A DNA stretch of 64,000 nucleotides from positions 90,148,001-90,212,000 of the forward strand of contig OZ024744.1 in NCBI GenBank assembly GCA_964016885.1. The letters run 5' to 3'. The position numbers and the translations under genes are program-made. This document shows positions 40,804-55,517 of this stretch, piece after piece. Origin of the DNA: Eledone cirrhosa. Lineage: Eukaryota. How positions within the stretch are numbered: position 1 is the first letter of the stretch; each line of letters begins with the position of its first letter. The notes under the pieces were generated by a model. The model saw only the letters and a program-made list of their open reading frames with translations. It was not told where the DNA came from and ran no database searches.

Positions 40804-41339
40804 CAATTAAGTTAAAAATGTACATCCACATATGTATACTGAAATACTAGTATGCATATGAATACACACACGTATACATATGTAGATGTACCGAGTTTTT
40901 CACTGGTCACTTTACTGTGAGTGTCCAGCTATTCTGTATGTAAACACACGGACAAACCGGTTTTTAGAGTCATACTGGTTTTTGAGGAAACACCTTTCCT
41001 CTATTCTACAGAAAGCCAGACAAGGAATATTGAACTAGTTTCTTTGTTGTTACAACTCATCAGCAATATTTACCTATCTTCCGGCCTTTCTAGAGAATCG
41101 TAAAAGCACATATCGTTATATGCTTTTTCTATGAAAATTAGTAGTGGGCAGACTAATTTGCATAGAGCGTGAGTACGTACCGGTTCAACGGAGACGATAA
41201 AAACAAATAACGAAACGAAATTAAATTTCGTTTCGTTTGTAACTCACTTTTGTATGACTGACGCTTAAACAATTAAGTTAAAAATGTACATCCACATATG
41301 TATACTGAAATACTAGTATGCATATGAATACACACACGT
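40804..41339 (-). mobile_element. Non-coding 466-bp unit with a 70-bp terminal direct repeat and a hammerhead motif (retrozyme- or Penelope pLTR-like)
   Basis: CAATTAAGTTAAAAATG...AATACACACACGT occurs at 40804-40873 and 41270-41339. A hammerhead motif lies at 41026-41070. Confidence 0.6.
41026..41070 (-). ncRNA. Type I hammerhead ribozyme motif with a 3-nt insertion before GAAA
   Basis: The minus strand reads AATATTG-CTGATGA-GTTG TAA CAAC-aaa-GAAAC TA GTT-CAATATT, with a perfect 7-bp stem I. Confidence 0.72.
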
Positions 41340-41428
41340 GGGTGGGACGGGGTGTATTTTGTTAGAGATGCCTACTGGCTGGAGTAGGTTTTACTATATA
41401 TATGTATGTATATATATATATATGTATG

Positions 41429-41543
<115 letters not shown>

Positions 41544-41556
41544 GTATATATATATG

Positions 41557-41612
<56 letters not shown>

Positions 41613-41621
41613 TATATGTAT

Positions 41622-41847
<226 letters not shown>

Positions 41848-41878
41848 TGTATGTATATATATATGTATGTATGTCTGT

Positions 41879-42303
41879 GACATCCAAAATCACCGGGAGA
41901 GATGACCCCTTAGCCTTTGTCAAGGCAGAATTCTAGGAGAAGGAAAACTCTGATATAACACCTGCAACTCTGATGGTATCCAATGATGTTGACTTGTTCT
42001 TCTTTTTGGTAAATATCATCTTGGTTAAGAGAGTGGGACTGGCTTTGTGCAGTGCCTTTGCTCACTATAAAAGCTTCACGGCACAGGCATTGCTTTATAT
42101 CTGGAGATCTCTCTGCATTTGTCGTCACATGGTACCATGGGCCCAGCACTATGTGTCAATATTTGTCACAAGTGTAGTGTTTGTACCAGAGTTTTCAAGT
42201 CGCTGGCTGGACTAAAAAGTCACACTCGTTCAGCGCATCAGTAGGGGTTCTCCTACATGGATATAAAGTAGTGGCCGTACTCGAAAACGAGTTGGCAGCC
42301 ACC
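41879..42303 (+). mobile_element. Non-autonomous RTE derivative, 5'-truncated copy 6, with a 12-bp TSD
   Basis: ATGTATGTCTGT occurs at 41867-41878 and 42304-42315. Confidence 0.88.
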
Positions 42304-42618
42304 ATGTATGTCTGTATATGTATGTATATATATATGTATGTATGTATGTATATATATGTATGTATGTATATATATGTATGTATGTATGTATATATATGTA
42401 TGTATGTATATATATGTATGTATGTATATATATGTATGTATGTATATATATGTATGTATGTATATATATGTATGTATGTATGTATATATATATATATGTA
42501 TGTATGTATATATATATGTATGTATGTATATATATATGTATGTATGTATATATATATGTATGTATGTATATATGTATGTATGTATGTATATATGTATGTA
42601 TATATGTATGTATGTATG

Positions 42619-42661
<43 letters not shown>

Positions 42662-42734
42662 ATATATGTATGTATGTATATATATGTATGTATGTATATA
42701 TATGTATGTATGTATATATATATATATATATATG

Positions 42735-42810
<76 letters not shown>

Positions 42811-43229
42811 TGTATGTATATATATATATATATATGTATGTATATATATATATATATATGTATGTATATATATATGTATGTATATATATATGTATGTATA
42901 TATATATGTATGTATATATATATGTATGTATATATATATGTATGTATATATATATGTATGTATGTCTGTATATGTATGTATATATATATGTATGTATGTA
43001 TATATATGTATGTATGTATGTATATATATATATGTATGTATGTATATATGTATGTATGTATGTATATATATATGTATGTATGTATATATATATGTATGTA
43101 TGTATATATGTATGTATATATATATGTATGTATGTATATATATATGTATATATATATATATGTATGTATGTATATATATATATGTATGTATGTATGTATA
43201 TATATATGTATATATATATATATATGTAT

Positions 43230-45757
43230 GTTTTCTCTTTCTCTTAATTTCGAGTATATTTTTTTGACCGGCCACCTCCCTGGTGGCAAGGTTGTAAAAG
43301 AAAAGAAATTGTCATCCCTTGAATCGCAAGAATGTTTTGCATATTTTGAAGGTGCCAGCTATCGCAGCCATTTGTAGACTATTAATTAGGGAGCTGCGCT
43401 TTTTGTCCGCAAATCCAAGTTCGGTCATACTTTGGTCCAAGCGGGTTGGTATATAACCCGTAGCACCAATAATGATGGGTATGAAGCTAAAGGTGTATCT
43501 TGGATACTGGATTTGTAAGCTCCTCATCAATGGTCCGTAGATGTCCTCCTTCTCCTGTATTTTTCTGACAATGTTTACATCAAGTGGGCAGCTGATCTCC
43601 ACAACAGAACACGTTTTCAATGTGTGGTCCCAAACTACAATATCAGGCCCGTTGTGCTTTAATTTGGTGGCAGTTTTTATTTTCAGGTTCCACCAGTATT
43701 CCTTAGTGCCATCTGTCTCAATATATTCTTCCTCGTTTGTTGTTAATTTTGTTTTCCGAAGTGCGTTCCAGATAGTTCTAGCTATCCCATCGTGTCTCAT
43801 GGGGAGGTAGTAGCGAGATGACATTCTTTCGCAGCTGGCAACAATGTGGCTTACATCCTCGATCTTTGTTTTACATAGCCTACATTTATTGTCAGCTGCT
43901 GGCCCTCCTCTTTTGTGCAGCAGATATTTGGTAGGGAGTTCTTGTTCCTGTATTGCATAGAGATATCCCTCAAGGTGTGATGTCATAAACTTGTCGGAAC
44001 TCCATGCCAGGCTTTTTGAGTGGTTTATCCCCTCTATGGTCTGTGTTTTACGCCTCAAGTATCCATGCACAACTTTCTCTGTAAATTGGTCAATTTTTTT
44101 TTCTTGTTTGAACATTGAATAGGATCTTCCGATTTCTCTGGGTGAGAGATTTATATCAGGCTTTATTCCATATCTCTCCTCCAGATCAGTCGCTATTCTA
44201 ATGATATTTCTTTTTTCATGCTCATAAACCTGAGCAAGATGGTCGCCAACCTTTTTCCTCTGTTGAAGGTGTTGCTTCAGTGTTACTATCCGGGTCTCAT
44301 ATGTTGTTAATATTGATTTTAGACCCCGGCCACCTTCCTTGCGTGAGAAGTATAGCCTATCCACATCACCATTGATGTTAAAGTTCCCAGTAACACTGAG
44401 AAGTTTTCGAGTTCTAACATCCATCTCACTTAGTTCTTGCAATGACCAGTTCAGTAGGCCAAATGTTGGCGTTAGAATTGGCACAGCATAGGTATTGTGG
44501 GCAATGTATTTGTTGTATGCTGACAGTTCTGATGACCATATTTTTTTTACTCTTCTGAGGTATTCAGTTCTGGTTCTCTCCTTATTTATGGGTCCATCAT
44601 ATCTGACATTCTCATCCTGTCCAAGATATCTGTAGTTGTCACCTGACTGCAGAGGTTGTATTGTCAGGCCGTTCATCTCTAGATTTCTAGAGGAGGGCAC
44701 AGCTCTTCCACGTTTTACTGCCAAATATGCACACTTGGACTCACCAAATTTCATTTTGATGTCGGTTGAAAATTGTGTAATGAGGTCCAATTGTTTCTTG
44801 ATGTCATTGATATTTGGCCCATACAACTTCAGGTCATCAACAAAGAAAAGATGGGAGATACTTCTGGGCCCACTTCTTTGTCCACCTTGTTTCCTGAGTA
44901 GGTAAGATAGTGGATTCAGTGAGAGAACGAAGAGTAGTACTGACAAGCTATCACCCTGAAAGATGCCCTTCTGGTAATGTATCCTATCAGTCTTAACCTG
45001 CTCCTTCTCACCTCTAAGGATCAAATTGGTGTACCAGTTCTTGGTCAGGCGTTCAACAGCAGCTACTAATGGTTGTGGGACTTTAGCTAACTGTAAAGCC
45101 TTAATAATCCACCCATGAGGTACACTATCAAATGCTTTTTGATAGTCCAGCCACACGACAGTCATGTTTCTGCGATTCTTTGTTGTTTTTTCCTGAATCA
45201 TTTTGTTAGTTAGTAGGTGATCTATGCAACCCCACACCTCCCTCTTTCCACCAGCTTGCTCAGGTGTTATGATGTTGTTGGTAGCACAGTGATCCTGTAA
45301 GAACAGGTTAAGGCACCCAGTATATAATTTATACATGATGTTTTGGCAGGCAATTGGGCGGTAATTTTTAGCAAGGGTGGTTTGGCTATTTTTGGGAATG
45401 AGGAGAGTAGTGGCAGTTGATAACCATCTGGGCAGTTCTTGTGTGCCCTTAATGGTTTCTGTAAACAGCCGTATGAGATCTTGCCGATAGAAAGTGAAAT
45501 TCTTCAACCAGTATCCTGTAATGAGGTCTGGGCCTGGCGATTTCCTATTCGACATTTTCTGTAGAGCTGTTTCCAGTATTGACCCATCTATGTCATATTG
45601 TTTTGTCTGGACATGTTGGCAGTAGTCCTGTTCCAGTTCTTTTAGCCAATTAGCTTGTCTGTTGAATCCGTCATCCGTTTCCCATACAGATCTCCAGTAG
45701 TTCTCAACCTGTTCTTTTGAAGGGGTGTCGTTTACAGGGATTGAGCTTTTGCCACCG
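43230..45757 (-). mobile_element. R4/Dong-like non-LTR retrotransposon (RT, CCHC knuckle, restriction-like endonuclease), 5'-truncated with an uninterrupted ORF
   Basis: [54 protein letters not shown] and PDIVV..VEIS motifs. Stop at 43312. Confidence 0.93.
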
Positions 45758-46123
45758 TATGTATGTATATATATATATGTATGTATATATATATGTATGT
45801 ATATATATATATGTATATATATATATATGTATGTATATATGTATACATGTATGTATGTATATATATATGTATACATGTATGTATGTATATATATATGTAT
45901 ACATGTATGTATGTATATATATATGTATGTATATATATATATGTATGTATATATATATATGTATATATATGTATGTATATATGTATGTATGTATATATAT
46001 ATATATATGTATGTATATATATATGTATGTATATATATATATATGTATGTATATATATATATATATGTATGTATATATATATGTATGTATATATATATGT
46101 ATGTATATATATATATATGTATG

Positions 46124-46154
<31 letters not shown>

Positions 46155-46639
46155 ATATATATGTATGTATATATATATATATATGTATGTATATATATAT
46201 GTATGTATATATATATGTATGTATATATATATGTATGTATATATATATGTATGTATATATATATGTATGTATATATATATGTATGTATATGTATATATGT
46301 ATGTATATATATGTATGTATGTATATATATATATATGTATGTATATATATATATATGTATGTATATATATATATATGTATGTATATATATATATATGTAT
46401 GTATATATATATATATGTATGTATATATATATATATGTATGTATATATATATATATGTATATATATATGTATATGTATATATGTATATATGTATATATGT
46501 ATATATGTATATATATATATATGTATATATGTATATATATATATGTATATATGTATATATATATATATGTATATATGTATATATATATATATGTATATAT
46601 GTATATATATATATATGTATATGTATGTATATATGTATA

Positions 46640-48993
46640 TCATCATCATCATCATCATCACCGTTTTACGTCCGTTCTTCCACGCTAGCATGGGTTAGAC
46701 GGGTTGTCCTGTTGTGGGCAGTGTCTGGTCGGCTGACCATGCCTTGCTCATACAGGAACTGATCTGGCTTGATTTCTACAGCTGGATGCCCTTCCTAACA
46801 CCAACCTCATTTACAGTGAGTGCTGGGTGCTTTTTCGTGGCGCCTACACGTCCACTTTACAGTGTGGGCTGGGTGCTTTTTTGCCGTGGCACCTCCACGA
46901 CCACCTTGCGGTGGGGGGGGGGGGGCATATTGTTTATATGCTTCAGCATGTACCCATGGGAGGTCGGGTACCCTGTATTACTGCGTGACGCCAGAAGTCA
47001 CGGTTGTGTGTCATTGACTTTGAGAGGTGTAGTTGGGTAAGGTCGGCTTTTATCACCTCATCCCAAGTCATCTTGGGTCTCCCCACTCCGCGGTTTCCAT
47101 CAACTTCTAGTGCTCTGCACCTTTTTATGCAGCTGTCATCCTTCATACGCATCACATGTCCATACCAGCGTAACCGCCTCTCCTGCACGCAGCATTTGAT
47201 TCCTCTTATGCTCAGTCTCTCTCTCAATTCCTTTATGCTTTGTCGTTCACGTATATTACTGTTACACATCCATCGGAGCATGCAGGCTTCGTTTCTCTCT
47301 AATCTACGTAAGTCTTCCACCTTCAGCGCCTAGGTCTCACTACCATGCAACATCGCTGTTCGGATACACGCATCATACAGTCTGCCTTTCATTCTGAGGG
47401 AGAAGCCTTTTGCAGCTAGCAGTGGTAGTAGTTCCCTAAACTTCTTCCATCCCGTTCTTACCCTAGTTATTGTACTTTCTGAGCACCCACCTCCGTTGCT
47501 AATTCGGTCACCTAGGTAGCAGAAGCTGTCTACTGTTTCTACAGGGCCCTCCCAGAGATTGGTGGTACTTGTTTCCTGTGGCTGTTTGCTTGCTGTTTCA
47601 GCACAGCTGCTGCATGTGAATCCTACATTCTTAATTAAGCTTCCTGAGATCCCGCTACATCTCTTGTGTACCCATTGTTTGCATTTGGGGCAGAGAATGG
47701 AGTTCCTACCTACACCTTTCCTACATACTGAGCAAGGCCATTTCCCTGAGGGGATCTGGGTTCTGTTTTCTCGTCTACTTATAAGGACCTTAGTCTTTGT
47801 CATGTTGACTTTGAGGCCCTTTCTCTCTAGTCCCTGCTTCCAGGTTTGGAATTTATTCTCTAGTTCTACCATAGATTCAGCTATGAGTGCGAGGTCATCA
47901 GCATACAGGAGTTCCCATGGGCATCCGGTCTTAAACTCCTCCGTTATTGCCTGCAGGACTATGATGAACAGGAGAGGGCTAAGAACAGAGCCCTGGTGGA
48001 CCCCAACCTGTACGCTAAATTCCTCGCTATACTCATTGCTAATCCTAACTTTGCTGACTGCTCCCCTATACATGGCTTGTACCGCTTTCACAAGCCATTC
48101 ATCTACTCCTAGTTTTCTAAGAGCCCACCAGATTACTGCACGTGGAACTCTGTCAAAGGCTTTCTCAAGGTCGACAAATGCCAAGTAGAGTGGCTTACTT
48201 TTAGCTAGGTACTTTCCCTGTAATTGCCTCACAAGGAAGAGGGCATCAGTGGTGCCTTTCCCTGGTACAAACCCAAATTGCATCTCGTCTATATTCACCC
48301 GGTCCCTAATCAGCTGTGCTATAACTCTTTCTGTTACTTTCATGACCTGGTCCATCAACTTTATACCTCTATAGTTTCCTCTATCTAGTGCATCGCCTTT
48401 ACCTTTGTAGCAGTTGACAATGATGCTACTGCACCAATCTTTTGGTATGGCCCCCTCTAGTATTACCTGGTTAACGATACGTGTGGTTATAGTGTGACCT
48501 ACAGACCCAGATGCCTTCAGCATCTCGGCAGCTATACCCGATGGACCGGTTGCCTTCCCTATCTTCATATCTCTGATTGCCTTACTTACTACGCTGCCGC
48601 TGACTTGTACTGCTGGTCCCTCTATAGGGTCTACGTGGGGTAGGGTCTCTTCTTCCCATGCATTCTCCTCATTTAGTAATCTATCATAATGACTCTTCCA
48701 TGCATCTTTCTTCTCAGCACTTGTGAGGGCAAGCTCACCTTTATCATTCCGGATACACTTCTCTCCAATGACATCACAACTATCTCTGACACACTGCCTC
48801 GCAATCTTGAATACCTCCTGTTTCTGGTCCTCACGTTGTAAAACATGCTTGAATTTTCTATCCTCTGCTTCCCTCCTAGCTAAGTATACTTGTCGCCTAG
48901 CTTCCCTCTTGGTCTCTATGTAATGTACCCTGCTCCCCCCGTTCTTCCATTCTTTCCATGCCTGTCTCTTGGCCTTGACTGCTTCATCTACCT
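46640..48993 (-). mobile_element. RTE LINE family B, 5'-truncated, premature TAG at ~47330
   Basis: ORFs 47330-48568 and 46943-47320 are in the same frame. It is a sister of family A with a different 3' UTR. Confidence 0.95.
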
Positions 48994-49044
<51 letters not shown>

Positions 49045-49057
49045 GTATATATATATG

Positions 49058-49095
<38 letters not shown>

Positions 49096-49496
49096 TATAG
49101 ATATATATGTATGTGTATATATATATGTATGTGTATATATATATGTATGTGTATATATATATGTATGTGTATATATATATGTATGTGTATATATATATGT
49201 ATGTGTATATATATATGTATGTATATATATATGTATGTATATATATATATGTGTTTATATATATATATATAGATATATATGTATGTATATATATATATAT
49301 GTATGTATATATATATATATGTATGTATATATATATATATATATGTATGTATATATATATATATATGTATGTATAATATATATATGTATGTATATATATA
49401 TATATGTATGTATATATATATATATATAGATATGTATGTATATATATATGTATGTATATATATATATATATATATATATAGATATATATGTATGTA

Positions 49497-49529
<33 letters not shown>

Positions 49530-49774
49530 ATATGTATGTATGTATGTATATATGTATGTATGTATATATGTATGTATGTATGTATATATATATGTATGTA
49601 TGTATATATGTATGTATGTATATATATATGTATGTATATATATATGTATGTATGTATATATATATATATGTATGTATATATATATATATGTATGTATATA
49701 TATATATATGTATGTATATATATATATATGTATGTATATATATATATATGTATGTATATATAAATATACGTATG

Positions 49775-49825
<51 letters not shown>

Positions 49826-49864
49826 GTATGTATATATATATGTATGTATATATATATGTATGTA

Positions 49865-51477
49865 TCATCATCATCATCAACGTTTAACGTCCCGTGTTCC
49901 ACGCTTGCATGGGTTTGGACGGGGGTAGTCCCACTTGAGGCAAGAGTGATTGTCTTGCTCGCATAGGACTGTCTGGCAGGTTTTCTACAGTTGGATGCCC
50001 TTCCTAACACCAACCACATTTACAGTGTGGGTCTGGGAGGTTTTTACCGTGTTGCCTACACGGCCACATTACAGCGTGGACTGTGTGTTTTTTTGTCGTG
50101 ACACCTACACGATCTCATTTGTTTCGGCCTGGATGGCGCGGCACCAACATAACTTTACATAGAACGGGGTGGTGTGGATGGGGTGGGGGTGGTGGTGGTG
50201 GGACAGGGTGTATTTTGTTAGAGATGCCTACTGGCTGGAGTAGGTTTTACTATATATATTTAGGTAAGGCGGGTCTTCTCTGTTACTGAGTACCGCCAAA
50301 GGTCTCGGTCCAGTGACATTGTCTTGGAGAGGTGTAAGTGTGTGATGTCGGAATTTATCAGCTCATCCAGGTTTTTCTAGGTCTGCCTATTCCGTGACTA
50401 TCGTCTATCTTTATTGCCCTGCACTTTGTTATACAGCTATCGACTTTCATGCGCATCACGTGTCCATACCAACGTAGCCTTCTCTCGAGTAAACAACATC
50501 TGATCCCTCTTATCTCTAATTTTTTCCTTAGTTCGTTTCTGCTTTGCCGTTCACGTATATTACTGTTACACATCCAGCGGAGCATGCAAGCTTCGTTCCT
50601 CTCTAGTCTGCGTATATCCTCTGCACACAATGCCCAGGTCTCACTGCCATCCAACATTGCTGTTCGTATGCAGGCATCGTACAACCTGCCTTTCATTTTT
50701 AGGGAGAACCCTTTAGCAGCTAATAGTGGTATAAGCTCTCTGAACTTTTTCCAACCAGTTCTGACTCTAGCTACAGTACTTTCAGAACACCCTCCCCCAC
50801 TGCTGATTTTATCGCCCAGGTAACGGAAGCTGTCCACTATTTCTATAGAACCCTCTGCGCAATTGAAAGAGCTAGTATTTTGTGGGCACTTGCTGCTACT
50901 TATTACACCAGAACACCGGCCACATGTAAAATCTATGTTCTTAGTTAGCTTACCTGTGATCCCACTACATCTTTTATGCACCCATACTTTGCATTTAGGA
51001 CATAAAATGGAGTTTCTACCTACGACTTTCCTACACACCGAGCACAACCATTTCCCAGAAGGGACCGCCGCCTTGTTTTCTTTCCTACAAACTAGAACTT
51101 TGGTCTTAGCCAGGTTAATTTTAAGTCCTTTTGACTCTAGGCCGTGCTTCCATGTTTGGAATTTCTTCTCTAGCTCGGCCATTGATTCCGCTATGAGTGT
51201 CAGGTCGTCTGCGTATAGGAGTTCCCATGGGCAGCCTGTCTTGAACTCCTCTGTTATAGCCTGAAGGGCAATAATAAATAGTAGGGGGCTGAGAACAGAG
51301 CCCTGATGGACGCCAACTTTTACGCTAAACTCTTCACTATATTCGTTGTTAATTCTAACCTTGCTGACTGTTTCTTTATACATGGCTTGTATAGCCCTCA
51401 CAAGCCATTCGTCAACGCCTAGTTTTCTAAGAGCCCACCAGATAATGGAGCGGGGGACTCTGTCGAAGGCTTTCTCA
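49865..51477 (-). mobile_element. RTE LINE family A, 5'-truncated
   Basis: EKAFDRVP...YADD...RRLRWYGH motifs and a (GAT)n tail. Confidence 0.93.
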
Positions 51478-51700
51478 TATATATGTATATACATATATAT
51501 GTATATATATATGTATATACATATATACAGTTCCCGTCCCACCCTTGCAAGCAGGGAAAATATATATCTATATCCAAAATTAAGATAAATCAAAATGAAT
51601 TTAAACTAAATCAAAATTATGGGTGTCATGCCAGAAAGACATGCGCCATATCACCCACAAAATAAGCTCTAAGATTCTAACGTATAGGTCCGAGCATTTT

Positions 51701-51937
51701 ATAATAACTAGAAATTGATTAACATATAAATAAACATGAATAATCACAGGAGATAATTTTTACAAGTGTGTAAGCACACATAGCTAGGTAATTAAATAAA
51801 TTTATAAGGTATCTATTTTTGAAGTTCTGATTATCTTTATTTAGTTACCTACCTAACTATGTGTGCTTACACACTTGTAAAAATTATCTCCTGTGATTAT
51901 TCATGTTTATTTATGTTAATCAATTTCTAGTTGTTAT
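51701..51937. repeat. Inverted repeat, ~100-bp arms and ~35-bp spacer
   Basis: ATAATAACTAGAAATTGATTAAC...GTAAGCACACATAG is mirrored by CTATGTGTGCTTAC...GTTAATCAATTTCTAGTTGTTAT. Confidence 0.95.
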
Positions 51938-52446
51938 ATATATGTATGTATATATATATGTATGTATATATATATATATGTATGTATATATATATATGTA
52001 TATATATGTATATACATATATGTATATGTATATATATATGTATATACATATATGTATGTATATGTATGTATATATATAATATATATGTATATATATGTGT
52101 ATGTATATGTATGTATATATATATATATATATGTATATATATGTATATGTATATATATGTACATATATGTATATATATGTATATGTATATACATATATGT
52201 ATATGTATATATATGTATATACATATATGTATATGTATATATATGTATATACATATATGTATATGTATATATATGTATATATATATATATTTATATATAT
52301 GTATATACATATATGTATATTTATATATATGTATATACATATATGTATATATATGTATATACATATATGTATATGTATATATATGTATATACATATATGT
52401 ATATATATGTATATACATATATGTATATATATGTATGTATATATAT

Positions 52447-52486
<40 letters not shown>

Positions 52487-52622
52487 GTATATATAATGTA
52501 GGAGGTGAGTTTTATTGTAGTACAATAAAGCAATGCAGATATCGGATAAGAAGCACTCTACAGTTTGTGGGACTGGAGTATGCATAATATAAGATCAAAA
52601 GATGGTTAAAGGAGTTCAATAT

Positions 52623-52691
52623 ATTTTATTATGCGCATTTCAAAAACAAACATCATCAAACAATAATATTTGTGTTTTCATCAGATAAAAC
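52623..52691 (-). ncRNA. Type I hammerhead ribozyme motif (left arm)
   Basis: Reverse complement of 52816-52885, one T shorter. Confidence 0.68.
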
Positions 52692-52815
52692 AGGAGAACA
52701 TGATATGAAGGCTAAAAAAACACTTGTTGATAGTGCAGTTTTAAATCACATATATGTTGATTTAAAACTGGCACTATCAACAAGTGTTTTTTTAGCCTTC
52801 ATATCATGTTCTCCT

Positions 52816-52885
52816 GTTTTATCTGATGAAAACACAAATATTATTGTTTGATGATGTTTGTTTTTTGAAATGCGCATAATAAAAT
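52816..52885 (+). ncRNA. Type I hammerhead ribozyme motif (right arm)
   Basis: GTTTTAT-CTGATGA-[AAACACAAATATTATT GTTT GATGATGTTTGTTTTTT]-GAAA-TGCGC-ATA-ATAAAAT, with palindromic stem III ATGCGCAT. Confidence 0.68.
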
Positions 52886-52927
52886 ATATTGAACTCTTTT
52901 AACCATCTTTTGATCTTATATTATATG

Positions 52928-53005
<78 letters not shown>

Positions 53006-53163
53006 ATGTATATATATGTATATATATGTATGTATATGTATATATATATATGTATATATATGTATATATATGTAATATATATATATGTATATATATTGTA
53101 TATATATGTATATATATATATGTATATATATGTATATATATATATATATATGTATATTATATG

Positions 53164-53281
<118 letters not shown>

Positions 53282-53319
53282 GTATATATATGTATATATT
53301 TATGTATATATATATATAT

Positions 53320-53358
<39 letters not shown>

Positions 53359-53461
53359 GTATATATATGTATATATATATGTATATATATATATATATGT
53401 ATATATATGTATATATATATGTATATATATATATATATGTATATATATGTATATATATATG

Positions 53462-53494
<33 letters not shown>

Positions 53495-53517
53495 GTATAT
53501 ATATGTATATATATATG

Positions 53518-53608
<91 letters not shown>

Positions 53609-54235
53609 GTATATATATGTATATATATATATGTATATATATATATATGTATATATATATATGTATATATATATATGTATATATATAGATATGTATATAT
53701 ATAGATATGTATATATATAGATATATATATATGTATATATATATACATATACATGTATATATATACATGTATATATATATATGTATATATATACATGTAT
53801 ATATATATATATACATATATATATATACATATATATATATACATATATATATATACATATATATATACATATATATATATATACATATATATATACATAT
53901 ATATATACATATATATATACATATATATATACATATATATATATACATATATATGTATATATATATATGTATATATATATGTATATATATATGTATATAT
54001 ATATGTATATATATATATATGTATATATATATGTATATATATATATGTATATATATATATGTATATATATATATGTATATATATATATGTATATATATAT
54101 GTATATATATATATGTATATATATATGTATATATATATATGTATATATATATATGTATATATATATGTATATATATATATGTATATATATATATGTATAT
54201 GTATATATGTATATATATATGTATATATGTATATA

Positions 54236-54398
54236 CAGACCCCTGTCCCTATCATCTCATTTCTACAGCTGAGTAAACTGGAGCAATGTGAAATAAAGTG
54301 TCTTGCTCAAGGAAACAACACATCACCCGGTCTGAGAACTGAACTCACAACCTTTCGATTGCAAGGCCAATGCTCTAACCACTAAGCTATGTGCCTCC
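54236..54398 (-). mobile_element. tRNA head and CORE-like part of the SINE seen at 1845-2181
   Basis: Direct similarity to 2023-2181. Confidence 0.85.
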
Positions 54399-54509
54399 AT
54401 ATATATATATATATGTGTGTGTGTATATTTATATATATATATATATATGTGTATATATATATACATATATATATGTGTATATATATATATATGTGTATAT
54501 ATATATATA

Positions 54510-54540
<31 letters not shown>

Positions 54541-54677
54541 GTGTATGTGTATATATATATATATATATGTGTATATGTATATATATATATATGTGTATAT
54601 ATATATATATGTATATATATATGTGTATATATATATATTATATATATATATATATATATGTGTGTGTATATATATAT

Positions 54678-55517
54678 AAACCTACCCTTTTAAGAAAACC
54701 CACTGTACTAATAGGAAATGTATCATATGTAAGGTAAACCCCCGGATAAACTGTAAAACTAGAAACGTAGTCTATTGCATAAGATGTACAGAGGGTACTT
54801 GCAGAAACATGACAACAACATACATAGGCGAGACAGCTCGTAGCATAGAAATTAGAATAATATCTAAACATAGAAATGACCCAGCATATAGGCAAATTAG
54901 AGAGGCCAGTGAAATAGAACTTAGAAGGCCAAGGCTAAACAGAAAGAATGAATGGAATAACAACAACACCCAAACAAACAACACTGACCTAAGAGAAGTA
55001 TAAATAAATAAATAGATCAATAAATAAATAAATAAATAAATACATACATACACAAGCACAATAACAGCAAACACATATAAACACTCACTAGTAAAGATAG
55101 AATACACAGTCACCCAATCACGAACACACATCAAACAAAACACTATACACACACGCAAATGCATGCGCAAAAGAAGACAAAATAAAATAAACAAATAAAT
55201 AAATATATAAACAGACTAAATAAAGATGGCGTAGAAAATACAAAATACAATGTAACGGGAGGAAACAATAGCACCACTGACGATGTTGCAGATGTGCAAC
55301 GAAAGAACTTTGATAAACTATATATATGTGTTTGTGTCTATATTGTATCTGTATTATTTTTGACCGTTGGTCAGTCAATGGCAACATTGAGGACCGAATA
55401 AATTAGATTACTAATATAAAAGACACAGAAGCGAAAAGCGAAAACCAACCAAAACAGTGAGTTGTGTTCTGTTATTAATTCTGGCAATATTACACAAATA
55501 TGACCCTCCCCAAGTAT

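Larger units (their letters stand above)
52584..52924. repeat. Near-perfect 340-bp palindrome with a hammerhead motif in each arm
   Basis: Arms are ~168 bp, with the centre at ~52752 (TCACATATATGTTGA). Confidence 0.95.
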
